A stretch of DNA of 62,240 nucleotides, the filler included, from Choristocarpus tenellus KU-1152 (lineage: Eukaryota; Protista; Phaeophyceae): assembly GCA_964200185.2 (NCBI GenBank). It is 12 parts of 12 records of this genome, joined end to end, with 100 filler letters (N's around TTAATTAATTAA, not from the genome) between each part and the next. Parts side by side here need not be neighbours in the genome. Positions count along the whole stretch, not along the records: positions 1 to 2,875 come from CAXNAD020024007.1; positions 2,976 to 7,907 come from CAXNAD020012483.1; positions 8,008 to 10,544 come from CAXNAD020026960.1; positions 10,645 to 15,903 come from CAXNAD020011334.1; 8 more parts are not named here. One strand, 5' to 3'. Made by a program: the position numbers and the translations under genes. A model generated the notes under the pieces. That model was not told the origin of the DNA. It made no database searches and saw nothing but the letters and a program-made list of their open reading frames with translations. Of the stretch, positions 1 to 13,500 are shown one piece after another (the first letter of the stretch is position 1; each line of letters begins with the position of its first letter).

Positions 1-2746
1 CTGGAGCTTCATGCCAATGACGCTTCAGCGACCGGCGCCAAGCTTCGACTGGGGTGGGTTGAACCCATCCCAGTCAACGAACAGCATGGCCGCTGCACGC
101 GCTTAGCCTGTGTGCAGAAGTTCGCGGCAGATGGTGAGTCCTTCCTTGCGCGCACCTTGGCCAAAGAGCAGGACATCATCCGGGCGTGTGACAACCGCCA
201 AGATCACAAGGAGTTAGTTGGCGAGCGTGTACCTGTGGTTAAGTTGGGACCTTGATGTGGATCTATGCTCGCGGCCGGCATTCCCGTCTGTACGAAGTTT
301 TTCAAGGCATCGTTTGGGATATCCAATCATGTCATCGACGCCTGCAAAGGTACACCTAACGCAAGAGCATCCGCCAGCGTGGAGAGGTGGGTTTGAAGTA
401 TGTACACAGTGTCACTTGTACCAAGGTCTTGTTTCCCCCTGCTTGAACACACAATAGTGGTCCTATCTGAGAACAATGTGATCCGACTGTACTCACCCGG
501 TTCACTTTGCAGTTACCATGCCTAGATGTCTGACATACAAAGCTAGAGATCCCTTCAGCGTGGAGTAATGACTGACCTATGTATACGCACGTGCGATATG
601 TTTTTCATGCTTCAACAATATCATCTCGTCCGACCATCCCCGCGCTGCTGCATCATGTACCACGCGTAAATATCTACAGAGTATATGATCCGCTGCTGGC
701 ACACGATACCTCTAGGATTCCATCCCCCGTTCCTCGTATCCACCTTCAACACATATCCCATCCATTCATATACATACGTGCACTACTACAACAGGAAGGG
801 CACGAACAAAGATAAGGACATGGGTCCGAAGCGAGACCTGGTGATGTCCTCCATAGACTACTGGCCTGATACTTACGGGAAGTTCATGCCTCACAAGTCA
901 ACAATTGTGATCTACGCCGCGAACAAACAGGTCGGTTTTCCCCTTGGTTGTTGAGAGGTTGGCTGCACCCTGTGTTGGAGTTAGATGCAAACTGTGTGAC
1001 TCGGCAGTAGGTAGAAAAGGTGCATCTAAGTAGTGTATCGAGTGGTGGATGTTCATTACCTTGATCGGTTTGATATTATGGTTAAAAGAACATGTCAAGA
1101 TTCATACAAAGTGCTATCCTTTTCGTTTGCTCTGTCGATATATCGATAATTATTATGATACTCGTTGTCGACTTTACGAAGGAAGACACAATAAATGTTA
1201 TTTCAACGCCGAGCACACATACTCTGCGGCCCCGGAACCGGTCTGAAATTGGTAGGAAAAGTGTGTACTTCGTATGTACAAAGCGCTTCGCCACGATGAT
1301 GATGATGATGGTAGATTCGCCTCCTTTGTCGCCTCTGCAAACGGCAGCGAGCCCCGAACCGAATGACGCTCATGGCAGATTTAATCAGATCATTGTATTT
1401 TCTCTTTCGTAACGCATGATGTAAGCTTGCTTGATCCTATCTTCCGCGTTCTCAGTCAAGTTATTGGTCAGTCCGCCTTTGAGAGATGTTGAAAGGGTGT
1501 TCTTCAAGTGTTCCTTCTCAATAACTCCTCACTTGCCCACACAACCAACATTAGGAGCTATACAAGGATTTTTGTAAAGAGGCAATACGGGTGTATCCTG
1601 ACGACCATTCCAAGCGGGTAAGCAAGGAGTACTTCCTCCGATTGCTCAGAGAGGACAGGCCCAACATCCGGGTGAGGGTAGGAGGCAAGTTTATGAAATG
1701 TGATATATGTGTCACGCTAAAAGAGAAGCAGCACGGTGCGCGCCTGGTGTAAAACGCATCAACGACTCCACCGTCCTCGAGTCCATCGATAAGGAGCTGT
1801 CAGACCATCGACAGGTAGGTGTCGAGCGTTAATTTTGCAACAAGGGTACAGTGACAACATATCACCGTCATTGCCCTCCTAACCCTAAGTAAATCCGTGT
1901 CCTTTTGCGAATGAAGACTCCCACGTAGGTGTTTATGGCAGCAGCAGTAGCCTCACTCACAGCAAAACTTGCTGTTATTAGCTGCCCAATCACCTTGTAA
2001 GACAGACTGCTTCCTGATAGTGTACAACGGGCTGTGGGAGAGACAGGTCATATAGCGGTCTTCCGACCCGGTACGTGCGTGCTTCCTACCCCATCCCGAT
2101 ATCTTGGTGTTTGTTTTGAATGCAGCAATAAAAAATATATCCCAAGCCTAACATATGTTGATACCCAAACTACATTCTTGTTACTATCCAACCTGATACG
2201 TGTTAACAAGCGGCATATTTTTTTTGAACTCTGAGCAGATTTATTTGATTAATTCACGTGATGTTGCTGTCCCCCATTCGCCAGATTATCAAAGCGGATC
2301 AGCAGGTCATCGCCAACAGCACCAGCAACGCCATGCGGGCCAAAGCCGACGGCAAACCTCTCGGCTTCGTGTTCATGTCCGTAGACACCGCGAACCAGAC
2401 AGCACACGCCCTCCCAGCACTTTCCCCACCTACCTACGGCGGCGACAGGTAACCACACGCACGCACAGTCCAGTCCATCCGACAAGAATTTTGCAGCCAC
2501 ACGGGGAACAGAATAGACGACCATGTTTTATCCTACGGATGAGTGCAAATTCCAAAGAAATAATCGCCAAAACAAACGCACATAATTCCACTACCTATTC
2601 CGTTCATCATGATGACCTTTCTTCACATGTTCCTTTCGTTCATGTCCCCCTTATCAGGGGCTACTCCTAGCGCCAGAAGATCATGGCCGCACACTTCGAA
2701 GGCCAGTTCGCGGAGGTGTTCTTCACTCCTATCAATCTTGGAGGAG
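1..2746 (+). pseudogene. Intron-containing Sola-like DNA transposase pseudogene (partial)
   Basis: Phase-compatible GT-AG exons <1-386, 795-930, 1555-1814, 2285-2448, 2658-2746. They give RCTRLACVQKF...PVCTKFFKASFGIS...GKFMPHKS...SKEYFLRLLREDRPNIRVRVGGKFMKCDICVTL...FMSVDTANQTAHALP...KIMAAHFEG...GG, a motif order I recognise from Sola-type transposases. Disabled by stops at 253-255 and 2668-2670 and a frameshift near 1740. Confidence 0.7.
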
Positions 2747-2875
2747 GTATGTACTGTAAAGTAGCGTAAGAGCTAATCAACGGATAGTGGAGGTCGCAGA
2801 CATGTACATCAGTCATATGGGTGTATGTCCTCTACATTCCATAAACAAATTACATTACCCCTCTTTTAAGCTCCA

Positions 2876-2975
2876 NNNNNNNNNNNNNNNNNNNNNNNNN
2901 NNNNNNNNNNNNNNNNNNNTTAATTAATTAANNNNNNNNNNNNNNNNNNNNNNNNNNNNNNNNNNNNNNNNNNNN
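2876..2975. other. Artificial contig-joining spacer (44N-TTAATTAATTAA-44N); same spacer at 7908, 10545, 15904, 31402, 35580, 39268, 43520, 48450, 51092, 58018
   Basis: Identical 100-bp structure with a six-frame stop linker occurs 11 times. Confidence 0.98.
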
Positions 2976-3249
2976 TTTTTTTTTTTTTTTTTGGGGGGGG
3001 GGGTTTGAAGTGGGTTAAAAAAGACAAGTTAACCAAAAAAAAAAAAAAAAAGGAGAGTTGCACTTCTTTTCAACGCTCATACTAAAAAAAAAAAAGGATG
3101 AATGCAAGGATGAATGCATTGCGTAGGTGAGAGAGAGGATGAAGGATCTCGACATGTGAACTTGTAGTGGTAATATTAATTTTGACCATCCCAACCTCTA
3201 TTTCCACGCCCTGCTTTTGTGTTGCTCTCTGCTGACGTCCACATTGCAG

Positions 3250-4952
3250 CCCACGTTTGTCCCGAAGAAGGTGGCCCCTGGGAAGTCAACGGAGAGAGAG
3301 GTAGCTGAAGACGATGCTTACCTGGTGACCACAGTGGTCAATGGTAGGGACAAAAAGACGGATTTGATAGTGATGGACGCTGCAGACTTGGCTAAGGGGC
3401 CGCTCTGCCGGATGCCCTTGAAGGGTTTTGTCCCACACATGCTACATGGGTCAGTGTTTCCCATCATTGTAGTTCAGTTACAACATGCTGCTTGATGTTG
3501 TAACTGTCTATTTTTGTGGGAAGTCGGCCGCTGGCTTGATGCAAGGAGTAAATTGAAATATGTCTGTTTTTGTTGTTATTGTTGTTAGTATTATTATTGT
3601 TGTTTGTATTATTATTATTGTTATTATTATTATTGTTGTTGCTAATGACGGTTGTGTGCGTTAGTGACGTGAAGTATCTTGACCGTCTGAAGTGCGCTGT
3701 GGTGGTAGTTCTCTTCTATTTTATGTGACATACAATTTTTTTTTTTTAAATCAATCGCAATGTTTTGATAATAATAATTGCTTCGTATCTGTGCAGCACT
3801 GTAGGTATATGTGATCATGATAGGGTTATGGATTCTTGGTCCTGCCGTCTTAAAAATGCCTTTACTTGAGAGTATAGGTATATGTGATCATGATAGGGTT
3901 ATAGGGTTATGGATTCTTGGTGAACGCCTTCTTCTCCCGGTCTGGTCGTACTCGCTGCCACATGTCTTCGTTGCTTTTTTTTGGGATAAACGCCTTCTGT
4001 CTTCGTCAAGTGTGCCCAGAACTATTGACTTGATACACTCATGCACTCAACGTGGGTGCACGGGCAGTCAAGTCCCAATCTATGGTACTTGATCGGGTGG
4101 TCAATGTTGTATGTGGAGTAGTACCTACAACCAGCGAATAGTGTACAAAAAGAGACTTTGCGGAGTGTGCTTGAGGGGTTCTTTGTGTGCACAGTGAATA
4201 GTATCAGAGGGATGCCCAAAGGAGTACACATGGTGTGTGGTATATCGATGCAGATTGTGAAAAGTGGTCGAAATAGAGCTTGCAAAACCTTGCGCATAAT
4301 TGGAAGTCGCATGTCCTTGGGGATAGTTCTTGTTGAAGAGTTTTAGCCTAGGTGAATGTGTGTTCCCTGTTCCCCCAAGCGAGCAACGCGTTTTCTTGAA
4401 TTGTGGCAAGTGGCTTGGAACTCCGATTGAATTTTAGTTTGGCAGGCAAAAGCCTGTGTCTCCCGGAAAAAATATATAGAGGCGTTCTCACGCATGCGCT
4501 ACTCGACATGCAGCGACTAATAATATGCACAAACATAACACAAACATAACATCGCACTGCTGTGTTCCCAAGACCTAATCATAAGCCTTCCTTCTGATGA
4601 TGGAACTGAACCACCTTCGTAGGGTTCATTTCACAAAGGTTTTTCAGTGTCCACATCTAGAATACCCCTGAATCCTCCAAATACTGTAATTGTACCAAAT
4701 GCTGTCCTCCCTGTCCTTGCCCTGTGTACCTCCAATTGTGAAGACACTATCCTCTCCCTAACCGGCCCTGCCAATCTGTTCATGTGCCTGCTTGTGTGTG
4801 TTTGTGTGTGAACACTGATATTTTTTTGTTATTTGATGTCATTCCTTTTACCCCTTGGATTCCCTGTGTACAGGAGCTTTTCTCCAGATGAGGTCTACAC
4901 GCCTGAGGAGTTGGAGGAGGCTTTTGCTTCAGTCAAAGCGGTGGCCAAGTAG
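3250..4952 (+). CDS. Carotenoid cleavage oxygenase (RPE65/CCD family), last two exons: 3250-3449 and 4874-4952
   Basis: PTFVPK...EDDAYLVTTVVNG...DLIVMDA...GPLCRMPLKGFVPHMLHG|SFSPDEVYTPEELEEAFASVKAVAK*. This is the CCD C-terminal signature including the final iron-ligand His. The phase-2 GT-AG intron restores HG-SF. Confidence 0.9.
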
Positions 4953-6180
4953 GAGCAGAACTTTGGTTAACCAACTAGATTTCTATCTTCTCAGTATCCG
5001 CTTATGCATTATCTGGCTGTACATGCGCTATTCCATCATACTGTCTGTGCCTACAACAACACCAGCACGTGATACTTGTGGAATGCACAAATTGATTGGC
5101 TTGTCAATGGACCTGATGATCTTACTTAGTTCATTCTCTGAGCTGTGTGGAATTTGTAACTGCTGCCCATTCAATTGTTTTTCGGTTGGTTCGCTGTTGC
5201 TCTGTATTAAAGCAGGCCACGACAGTTTATTGCAATGTCATTATATCACACGTCTATGACTGCTGTCCACAGAGTGTGATCATGAGAAGGTTTATCTATT
5301 TATAAAATATTTTTATGATCCAGTACTTCATCACATGAATTCAGCAAATCAGGATTTTCTGCGGTAGATCGTCAGGATTTACACGCGAACCAACTGGTGT
5401 TGATAAAAGTTTTGTCTTTCAAAGTAGTGGAAGTAGTAACAGATAGATGAGGTGCCTAACTCTGCGGCTGTGTTGCCCTTGTTCTTACTTTCTTGAGAGA
5501 GTTTTGTAGAACTCCCTAATGTGCCTTACCAACCGAGGGGTACGCACATCTTTGCATTCTATGCCTTGTCTACCCCCTGTGCAATACACCTACTCTAGGT
5601 TTGTCGTGCTTAGTGGAAGTCCCCCAAAACAAAGGTACCTGAACATAAGAATGCGTTTCTGGGGATCCTTGTTACCCACATGTGTGTATGCCTCTTGCTT
5701 GGCACGACTCAACACTTCGATTGAGCCTGTGCAAGAGCCAAGAATGTGTGCTGTGGTGTTACAACTGTTACAACTGTTACAAGTGAAAATCCCGTATGTA
5801 CACATCTGGAATATGTAATAACAACTCCTACCACCACCACTCACCACAAGTGAATGATGAGAAGTGCTATCCATTCGAGCAATTAGCAGAATAACAAGCA
5901 CAGTAGTCAGACAGTGTTTTGCTCAGAGCGACCCTGGTGAGGTGTGGCCCTCTGAACTATAGTGTCAAACCCCTGGGAGTTGTTATCCAAGCACAAGGTG
6001 AGGTATCATGGCCGTAGGGCTACAAGAGTTTACTTGAATCAAACAATTGACTAGTCTCGTAATAGGGACAAGTTGGTATTTTGGGAATGACAACATTATA
6101 CCAAATTGTCACATGCAATCAATGGGGCTGTAAAGGGGTCTGTCTCTCCTTGGTAATTGTTGTTTTTCTTCTTGCTTGAT

Positions 6181-6438
6181 GAGTGAAAGTATCTTAGAGG
6201 GTACGAGTTTTGCCTCTTTGTCCATTTAGGGCTTGGCTTCCCACGAGTTTTTTAGGACATTTTGCCTAATTCGAAATGATTTGTAGTAGGTAAAATGTGT
6301 ATGTTATGAAAGCATGTGCCTGGAACAAGGATATTGACACTTCCTAACAAACACAATATCCAAAATTACATCAAGATATCAAAATTGGGTTTTGGCTCCC
6401 AAATGGACACGGCTCTACCCTCCAAGGTACTTTGACTC
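6181..6438 (+). mobile_element. MITE family A (about 255 bp, Sola-like termini)
   Basis: TIR GAGTGAAAGTATCTTAGAGGGTA / TACCCTCCAAGGTACTTTGACTC; perfect 4-bp TSD TGAT; many copies in the window. Confidence 0.9.
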
Positions 6439-6535
6439 TGATGTATGTATTGATGAAGGGTTCAGGTGCACGTGACCAATTTTGTGATTTCCATCTTATT
6501 GCATTACCATGAGCGGCCACCCAAAGCCCCTGATT

Positions 6536-6712
6536 GAACCAAAGTATCTGGGGAGGGGGGTGGATCTACACCAGGGTGTCCATTTGGGTGAAAATCAGGA
6601 AAAGCCCATTTACACTATCCATCCGACATATGCAACCAAATCAACCAAAAATCGTGACATGAAAAAATTGACCCCAAATAGACAGCTGCCACCCCCCTCA
6701 GATACTTTGAAC
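6536..6712 (+). mobile_element. MITE family B (about 180 bp)
   Basis: TIR CAAAGTATCTG-G-run / C-run-CAGATACTTTG; flanked by GATT on both sides; homologous to the copies at 52247, 53805 and 58132. Confidence 0.85.
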
Positions 6713-8352
6713 GATTCATTTGTACTCACGCTTGCTGGAATTGGCTCTCTTGCTTGTCTCAACTAATATTTGTTGCATAGCATAGACTTCAGAATATTGG
6801 GACATCGAAAGCATTCTGTTTAATTCCTTATGCTTGATTTCCCTTGATATGATTGTCACTGCCGCATCATCTCAGCCTAATGCAGCTATTTACACACAAA
6901 GCAGTGGGCTGATATCGAGCTAATAGTACGTATTTTCCTCTGTGTTGACACTCAAATCAAGTTGGAGCTTTTCTCTTGCTTCATATGATGTCAATGACAA
7001 AGGCCCAGGCACCATCATTGCTCCTTATGTGTACATGCATACATGCATACAGTTCCGCAGCCTGGAGTTTTCTAGAGTTTTCTACGCGTCTTTTGGCGGC
7101 ATGCTTTTCATTACGTTGTGATTCCTATCCGTTGTTTGGACCTGCCGGGTATTTCCTCTTCCTTTCTACTTACCATCATACGGACACTTGAGCTCCGTCG
7201 CTAGCATTTAATTCTTGCTCCCTTTCTTGCTTCAGCCCTGGAGTGAGTAGATCTAGACTGTTATTTGCGTCAGTATGAAAGAAGAAAAAAAGATAGGGAT
7301 GAGAACCTCACACGATTCTCTCTTGATGGACGTGATAGGTGGTTTGAAAACAGAAGAGTGATACAGTTATAGATGGGGCGTGATTTAGCACCTGTTGCTG
7401 CTAGAAGGAATCACAAAAACGGAACGCTTCCGCCGTTTCTAGAAAAATCCAATCAAGATGTAGAATAAAAATGTCTCGAACATGTGGAAATCAAAACCCA
7501 GAATTGATTCTCTGTAAATATCTCGCTAAGATATGAAACATAATCCCGAATGGTTTGGGGTTACATATTTTGCACATGGAGGAACAGCCGGTTTCTTTGT
7601 TGGTCGTATCTTTCTAGTCCGCCCACGTTGTACTTTGTAGGAGTACGTGATTCACAGTAACAAATTGGCAAAAAATTCAACAGTTTAGAGCACGAAGTAC
7701 CCTACAAGTCAACTTCATGGCTTCTATGTCCACATATAACACATTCAAGTAGTTGACATGAACAACCAGGCTGAAACAGAACTTCGTCGTAAACTAGGGT
7801 GAGGTAGGTGGAGATAGTCCATGTTGCCATTTGACCATCCAATTGTACACAAATCATAGCCCCAGGTTAAGGTACCCTGTAACCAAAGGGTCAAAGTATC
7901 TGGGGGGNNNNNNNNNNNNNNNNNNNNNNNNNNNNNNNNNNNNNNNNNNNNTTAATTAATTAANNNNNNNNNNNNNNNNNNNNNNNNNNNNNNNNNNNNN
8001 NNNNNNNGTGTCTATAGTGTATCAGCAGCACTATCTACGAACAAGTCCCCCCTTGTCAACAATCGAAAAACCGCCTGGTTTACCTCAGTCGCCTCTAGAA
8101 CACAGCGATCCTATACCCAGACACTCGCAAGGTCCTTAGTATTTCACTCTCCACACTGCCATCACTAAAATGGTGCCTCGTTGAATATAGACTCACTGAG
8201 TGTTCGATATCCAGTGTGGCCATCATACAGCCATCCATCACACAGCGGGTGCGCATACCCCATACCCCTATCCTTTGGGCACCCTCCCTCCTGTTTCAAT
8301 TTGATGCATGAAACATCCACACAAGACCTGGACAACGTCACATCCAACAACG

Positions 8353-8606
8353 GAGCAAAATTATCTTAGAGGGTAGCGCCGCGTCCATTTGGGGGCCAAA
8401 ATCCAATGTTGCGATTTTATTGTAATTTTGGCTATTGTGTCTGTCAAGAAGTGTCAATATCCTTGTTCTAGACACACCTTTTCATAACGCACACATTTTA
8501 CCTACTCCGACACATATTGGAGTTGGAAAATGTCATGAGAATAAACATGGGAAACCCTAAATGGACAAACAGGGCAAAACTCGTACCCTCTAAGATACGT
8601 TTACTC
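8353..8606 (-). mobile_element. MITE family A
   Basis: Reverse-complement copy of 6181-6438 with GAG...CTC ends and perfect TSD AACG. Confidence 0.9.
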
Positions 8607-8743
8607 AACGCCTTCCTTCAACGCCCTTAAGGCTGTCCACGTCACGCCTTTCACCCTCATGTTGAAATTGGAACAATGAGCCACCCTTCCCCCAACACTT
8701 TGAACACAACCCACACCATACACGACCTCAAACCCACCACTCA

Positions 8744-9166
8744 TGTTATAGGCAAATAGCGCAAGTATTTCTTCCCGCGCTCTAACCAGCTCGAGCAGTG
8801 TACTCGCGTGTGGAACCCCCCAAAAGGCAACTCCGATTTGTAAAAGTTGCAGAGTAAGATCTGTAATTTGGGAATGTCTGCAACGGTTTTCAGATGTAAT
8901 TCAACGTCCTTAAACCGGAATAAATAAACGGTAAAACGATGATCAAGAGATCGCCCACATCTCACATTTCTGATACCAATTCTTACATATGTGCTTATTG
9001 ACTCAGAAGAGTACCTTTATCTGCTGACCCGATATTGATCATCTTCGTTGGACCTTTTGACTGTCGGAGTATCCCAGGAGTCCTGTACAAGCATCAGCGC
9101 CATCTATAGGCCTGTGGATCGGAGCTATATATCCCGTGGAGGTAAGCTTTGGATCCTGCTGTAACA
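8744..9166 (-). mobile_element. Solo LTR, family 2 (423 bp)
   Basis: TGTTATA...TGTAACA termini and 4-bp TSD CTCA; inverted homolog at 61208-61627. Strand is only relative to that copy. Confidence 0.85.
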
Positions 9167-11558
9167 CTCATTATTTGTCTCAGTGTTCGTTTCCCTTTCA
9201 ATATGCTGACAGCATATGTATCCCGGAAAACCTTTAACTGCGTACCACCATCAATTACTCAATTCGCCACAAATATACTGGAGGCTGTCTTAGCACAGTA
9301 ATGCACCCACATCATGCACACGTGCAAGGTGTGGGGTGTAACATCACTCCATCTAGTGCTATTCCTCCGAGCTTATTCTATACCACACCCCTTCCATCAT
9401 TGGCACCACGATTTCACACACATTCTCTGGGCTCAACATCATTGGACTCAAAGTATCTGATGTTAAAACATGGGCTACTCATTTGTTTCTTGTTGATATG
9501 CACAATACTACCAGCTTGTACTGACTGTTGATTGGTGCACTGCACTGGTTGTTAATGTTCATTTATTTTTTGCGCATTCCAACTCATCATCGCATCATCG
9601 ATGACAGTAGATAGAAGAATAGCATCAGTTGATATTCAGTTGATCCACATCACACACATGAACATCATAGCACACGTCATCTAAGTTACACTTCGGAACT
9701 TGCATCAAGTGCGTCCCACCGTTACCTTGTGTTCCTCTTTCTATTTTGTTTTTGTTCCCATCTCTGTTCTTTCTTTTTTCTTTATGCATAAGACCCCAGT
9801 TGCACGGTAATTGTTGTTTATTATTTTATTGATTGTCATTGTCCCCTCACTGAGCACCTCAAGCTCACTCTGCAAAAGTGCCCTTAAAGCACACTTGGAT
9901 GTAATACACCCAGAGTTAGAACCATCTACGGAAACCCTTGCCAGCCAAGGTAACAAGCCTCTTCACAGAGCATGTACTTCTTTCACTAAGTATCACATGA
10001 AATAACACCGTATTCACATCACATCATTCTTAACAGAGAGATCAGTGACTTCAGTTGCAACAGAACAAATACATCAGTGCTTTACTTCACAATCACATCT
10101 ACTCATACCACAGACTAAGATTCCTACTCATAGGTGCTTTTCAACACCATGATTCCTCTTCTTTCGTAGTCTATGTATCACATATACAATGCATTCGATT
10201 AAGGTTTCAACAATCCGTTTACAACTAGGTAGTTGCACATGTCAAAAAATCAGGCAAAGCACCGTACTCACACACACCAGCAGCAAGTACATAAAAAGAG
10301 CCAATGCACTCAACCTAAAGCACTCCATTAAATGGCCATGTCACAGATATATGAATGTTTGGTGACTGTGGCCACTCTCCTGTGCGGCAAGCTGTGGCTA
10401 CCTTGTCTCCTTAGCATGCCATCCATGCATGGACTGTCTCGCTCCAACCTCCACACACCCACACCACCGTCGGTTAAGATCCTCTGTAGCAAGTAAACTC
10501 ATTTCTCAGCGAGGATGTTGACCCAAAGTATCTGGGAGGGAGGGNNNNNNNNNNNNNNNNNNNNNNNNNNNNNNNNNNNNNNNNNNNNTTAATTAATTAA
10601 NNNNNNNNNNNNNNNNNNNNNNNNNNNNNNNNNNNNNNNNNNNNACAAGGGGTTTTTCTTTGACAAAAAAAAAAAAAGGGGGGGGAGGGGGGGGGAGGGG
10701 GGATATGTCGAACAGCCATGTTTCAGAACAATAGGCAATCAGAACATCAAATACATATTGAACCAAGTAGATAAATTTTCAAAGAAAAAGAAGTGCTCGG
10801 AATGTTCTATCCAGAGCATTGATAAAGCAGCAGCCCTCACATGCAAGTAGATTCAGGTCACAAGATTGTTTAGTTGAAGTGATTCTGGACCAAAGAGGTG
10901 ATGTCTTAGCATCAAATAATAGTACTGACTTGGGGAAAATCTTCCTGTAGCAAGTGTTGGAACATGCTGTAGGTTAGATGGGTGGCCTAGCAGCCATGGG
11001 GAGCATACACGACATTATACTGGGGATGGATATGACATCACCCCTAAAAAAGGGAAGTTGTAAAATATGCCATTTACCCCGGAGTATTCAAAAATCCTTT
11101 GAAGTGTTCGAAGTTTTGTTTCACAAAATATTTTCACCAAGAGATGAGCATGGCCTAAACCGCTGGAATCAACATAAAGAAAGTTAGGTTGGGAAGGTGG
11201 GAGGGTTTGGGGGGGACATACAAAACCCAATCCAGAGCACATTTTGACACCTCTAAAGTTCGATAAGAGTACTTTTCTTTTTCTGAACTCAATGTTACTA
11301 CTTAAATTATAGTTTGCGAAACTCAACAGATCAAGTTTATCAACTAAGTTCTTCTAGAATATAGAAGTTCGACTTGTGAAGTTACATACATCCAAGGCCA
11401 TTCTGCCTGTCCATCCTAAATTGAGTACTACTCTATAACTACATCGAGAGGTGAAATTGAGATGAAAACTTGGCTATAAATTACAGAAATACTTAATATT
11501 ACTATCATATGAATAGAATTGTGTCTCCCATTGGCAAGATAATCCAGAGATGCTTCAA

Positions 11559-13455
11559 TCAACCCAAGCCAGCCAAGTGCAATCCGAATTCTGCATCATC
11601 ACGACTATGAGTATCTGATGACCATAATGCTCCTGGTTCAGCTGCCGCCCCAACCCACTCCTCATGCAAGGCTGGTGAGGACCGTTGTCTTCCCCAGGTG
11701 GTACAACACTTATAGAAGTGATACTTGAGGAGTGAAAATGGCATGAAACCAGCATAAAAAAACACAGATCACGGCCAAGTTAAGAACAGAAAAAGATTGG
11801 GTGGGGGAGAGTCCATCATAAATCATGGTGACATAGTCAAGTTGGGAATAAAAGAGAGAGGAAGGTGACACAGGTAGGACAGAAGGCAGAATGCAAGCAA
11901 ATTGCTGAGGAGGAGCTATCAGCCTTCATCAGTGAGATAAATGTAATGTCAACAAAAATGTTGAACTACAGACATACATGCCCATGAAATGGATAGAGGT
12001 GTGTGCTCAGTCACCTCTGGCAACAAGAACATCTACAGAGTGAAAGAAACAACAAGAGCAGAGCGCTCCAGACAGGCACACACCACCACCCTCCCTCACT
12101 CCCTCACACACTGAATGATAAAGGTGGACTCTATAAGACATGAAGTGGTACATAACATACAACATAATGGAAAATGAAGGCTACACTGTTGGATGCCACA
12201 TTCAGTAGGAGAGCCACTCCACGCTCCTTAATATCAAATTACCTGCCGGAGTAGATCTGTTCTGGTGATGACTCCTCTGACTTTGCCGGTAACATCCACA
12301 ACCACAGCCCTTCCCCCGCTGGAGCTTTCAGCCATGTCCTTTCGGATATGATGCATGGGGGCAGAGGGAGACACCTGGAGCACCTGACATGGTCCAAAGA
12401 CAAGGTGGGCATCAATCATTACACAACAAAATCCAAGACTTTTCACCTCTTCTCCTTTGATATGGCGATGTTGACCAAACTCCATAAAACACACAGACCT
12501 ACCAGATAATGACAAATCAGCAACCTGGCCTCCACATTCAAGATATCCTGCAAATAACAACCTGCTCTCCTTCTAAAAACTAACCCATAAATGACTACAA
12601 CCCTTTGAAGTGGGCGACTACATCATAACACCATCGAGAGTCCATTGCTGCTTCCCAAAATGAACAAGTGGGGTCACAACAATACCAAGGTGACATCAGC
12701 TAAGCTGTGATACCCTTGCAGTACTCCCTTTCAAAGTCGCACTCCTCCCACAGAAATGGACACTGCTCATTGGTCCAGCCCAAAGACAACCCTTCCTACT
12801 TCTCAAATCGCTGTCTGCACTGTGAACAAGCACTAAAGCCAAAAGGGCCTTTGTTGGGACGTCTTATTTTGTCACACACAGCAGGAAGATGCCCTTCAGG
12901 CTCTACCCCTCCCCTATTATCATTGTACCTCAATAATATTAGTAATGATAATAGGAACAACAACAATAGCAATAAGAAGAAGGATTTTACGTTAGTTGAG
13001 GTACGCAGTTTACATGTCTAACCCCCACCTTGTTTAGCATGAAGCCACTGACAGGTCGGTTTGCTGCATCAGATACATCACTCTGCTCTCTCCAACCCAA
13101 ACAGTGGAGGCACATGGAAAGAGGTTACACAAGAGAGTGCCCACCGCAGTACATGGAATCAATCAGCCAATCACAAAGAAGAACGCACATTGAAATAACC
13201 TCCAACATTCAGTTCGAGGGAGTGAGAATGATATGATATTTTGGGATGGTGGAGTTTTTTTTCTTTATTATTTTCTTTGATCTCTTCTTTTCGGTTCTTT
13301 TCTTTTTTCTTTATTATTTTTCCTCCAACTACTTTGCTTTGTCGTGATGTTGAAAATAACAAAAGTATTAACAAAATAAAAAAGAATAACAAAGATGGTT
13401 TCAGTAATATAATATGTATATAATAATAACAATAATATTATTTTTTTGTAATGTA

Positions 13456-13500
<45 letters not shown>

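Noticed and set aside
9740-10520. Possible minus-strand transposase remnants
   Set aside because: Short, stop-ridden fragments without diagnostic motifs.
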